Source of the DNA: Macrostomum lignano
Lineage: Eukaryota
Reading direction: 5' to 3'
Length of the DNA: 64,000 bases
Assembly: GCA_002269645.1 (NCBI GenBank)
Contig: NIVC01000040.1
Coordinates: forward strand, 806,001 to 870,000
The translations under genes and the position numbers were made by a program. Of this stretch, positions 62,813-64,000 are shown in pieces (positions within the stretch are counted from its first letter, which is position 1; each line of letters opens with the position of its first letter). The notes below the pieces were generated by a model. That model worked only from the letters and a program-made list of their open reading frames with translations. It had not been told where the DNA came from and did not search any database.

Positions 62813-63520
62813 TAGGGAATACCAGATCCCGAGTTTTGCCAATCCCGGGATCCCGGGACTGAAAAGGTTTCTAATCTTTGTTGGTGCAATTTTGGTTTAC
62901 GAAGCCATCTAACCGGATTTTAATGGCTTTCATTGATAAAAGTAGAACAGATTTTGCAAGTAAGAAACTGACAGTGAGCCCTGATTTGGAGTGTGATGTA
63001 CGGGCTGGCGAAACAGACGTGTTTTTTACATGCCAGTATCAGCTCAGGAAAATCACACTTGATTGTGATTGTGATGCCACCTGGGGAATGATAGCCTACA
63101 GACCATGGCCCGAGGTACTGATGCCAGAGTAGAATGGGATCAGACCTCAACCTCCCAGGGGCACCTGCCCTAGATGGAGAATTATTGGTAGCTAATTGGT
63201 TGTGGTCCGAATGCAAGGTCCCACTGTTCTAATCCCAACTACGGCAAAGGAATTTTGAAGGTAGGGTCTGCTTAAAGTTGCAGCACTATAGCTTTCTACT
63301 CACCAGCCTACAGGCTGAAATGATAAGAAATGAAATCAAACGAGAACAACAGGGTTATGATTTTCACCTGACAAGTATCTCAGCTGCAGATACTACTATT
63401 CGAGAATAAATTATTGAGTTATTGCAAAGCGGGATCGGAATCCCGATGGTCAATCCCGGGATTTTCGAAAAACCCCGGGGATTAATAGGCCTTTTCAAAA
63501 TCCCGGGATTGTATTCCCTA
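62813..63520. mobile_element. Non-autonomous hAT-type element (708 bp) with near-perfect 8-bp TSD
   Basis: gcaatcat|TAGGGAATAC...GTATTCCCTA|gcaaacat (TSD 7/8); clustered subterminal ATCCCG/CGGGAT motifs at both ends. Confidence 0.75.
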
Positions 63521-64000
63521 GCAAACATAACTGATGCGGGCTGGGAGTGACTAAAGCCTATCAAGGATGAAAAAATCCGGACACAGCAGATTGTTTCTGT
63601 AGTGGCGCACGAACTTGGAAAAGACTTCCAACAATGAGGAAAATAGTTGGAGCTCGAGGGGATTTCACAGCATAAGAACACGCGCATTTAGGCAAAATGG
63701 CTGAACCTCAATTGAACTAGCCTTGCAAAAATTAGAAATCAAAGAGAATGTGACTGACCGCGAGCCTAGCAAAAAAAGTGGTGGGGACGAGGCTTGTAAA
63801 TTTCTGAACACCAGGTCAGGCTGGGGGGCAGGATGGAACGCATCGTGGTTGGGACTTCTTAGCGGAACGGCCGGAGGGAGAGAGCAAAGGGCAAACAATT
63901 GGAGAGCACGAGCAAAACATCCTACCGCTCCTACCGAACCAGGTCGTAAGGATGGGCAACTTACGAGGTACGAGTTTATTTGGAAACCATTCGAAAAACT

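Overview
Eukaryotic (metazoan) genomic DNA with GC-rich exons, AT-rich spacers and a different mini/microsatellite in most long introns. An EF-hand/dynein-light-chain (TAL-family) gene points to a flatworm; the repeat-rich architecture is Macrostomum-like (inference, not proven). I reconstructed 13 protein-coding genes by hand, checking splice phases: a divergent mitochondrial MDH, an intronless PAN+C-type lectin, an intronless S10 carboxypeptidase with a GPI-like tail, a TAL protein, a ~1490-aa acidic-repeat protein, a hillarin/KY-like pseudo-transglutaminase, a prominin-like protein, a secreted N-formylglutamate-amidohydrolase-like protein, AKAP14, CFAP97D2, headcase, an unknown 2-exon coiled-coil/Pro-rich gene and VTA1. 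There are also several MITE-like elements. The most striking item is a tandem paralog pair (14.8-31.0 kb). Both genes end in a module that aligns by eye with the microtubule-binding domain of the dynein heavy-chain stalk, with identical intron positions. One copy carries the module on a catalytically degenerate transglutaminase/Ig-like scaffold, the other on a ~1100-aa acidic disordered repeat. Also notable is a minisatellite built from a gene's own 5' splice site. All homology calls are by-eye motif recognition; no searches were run.
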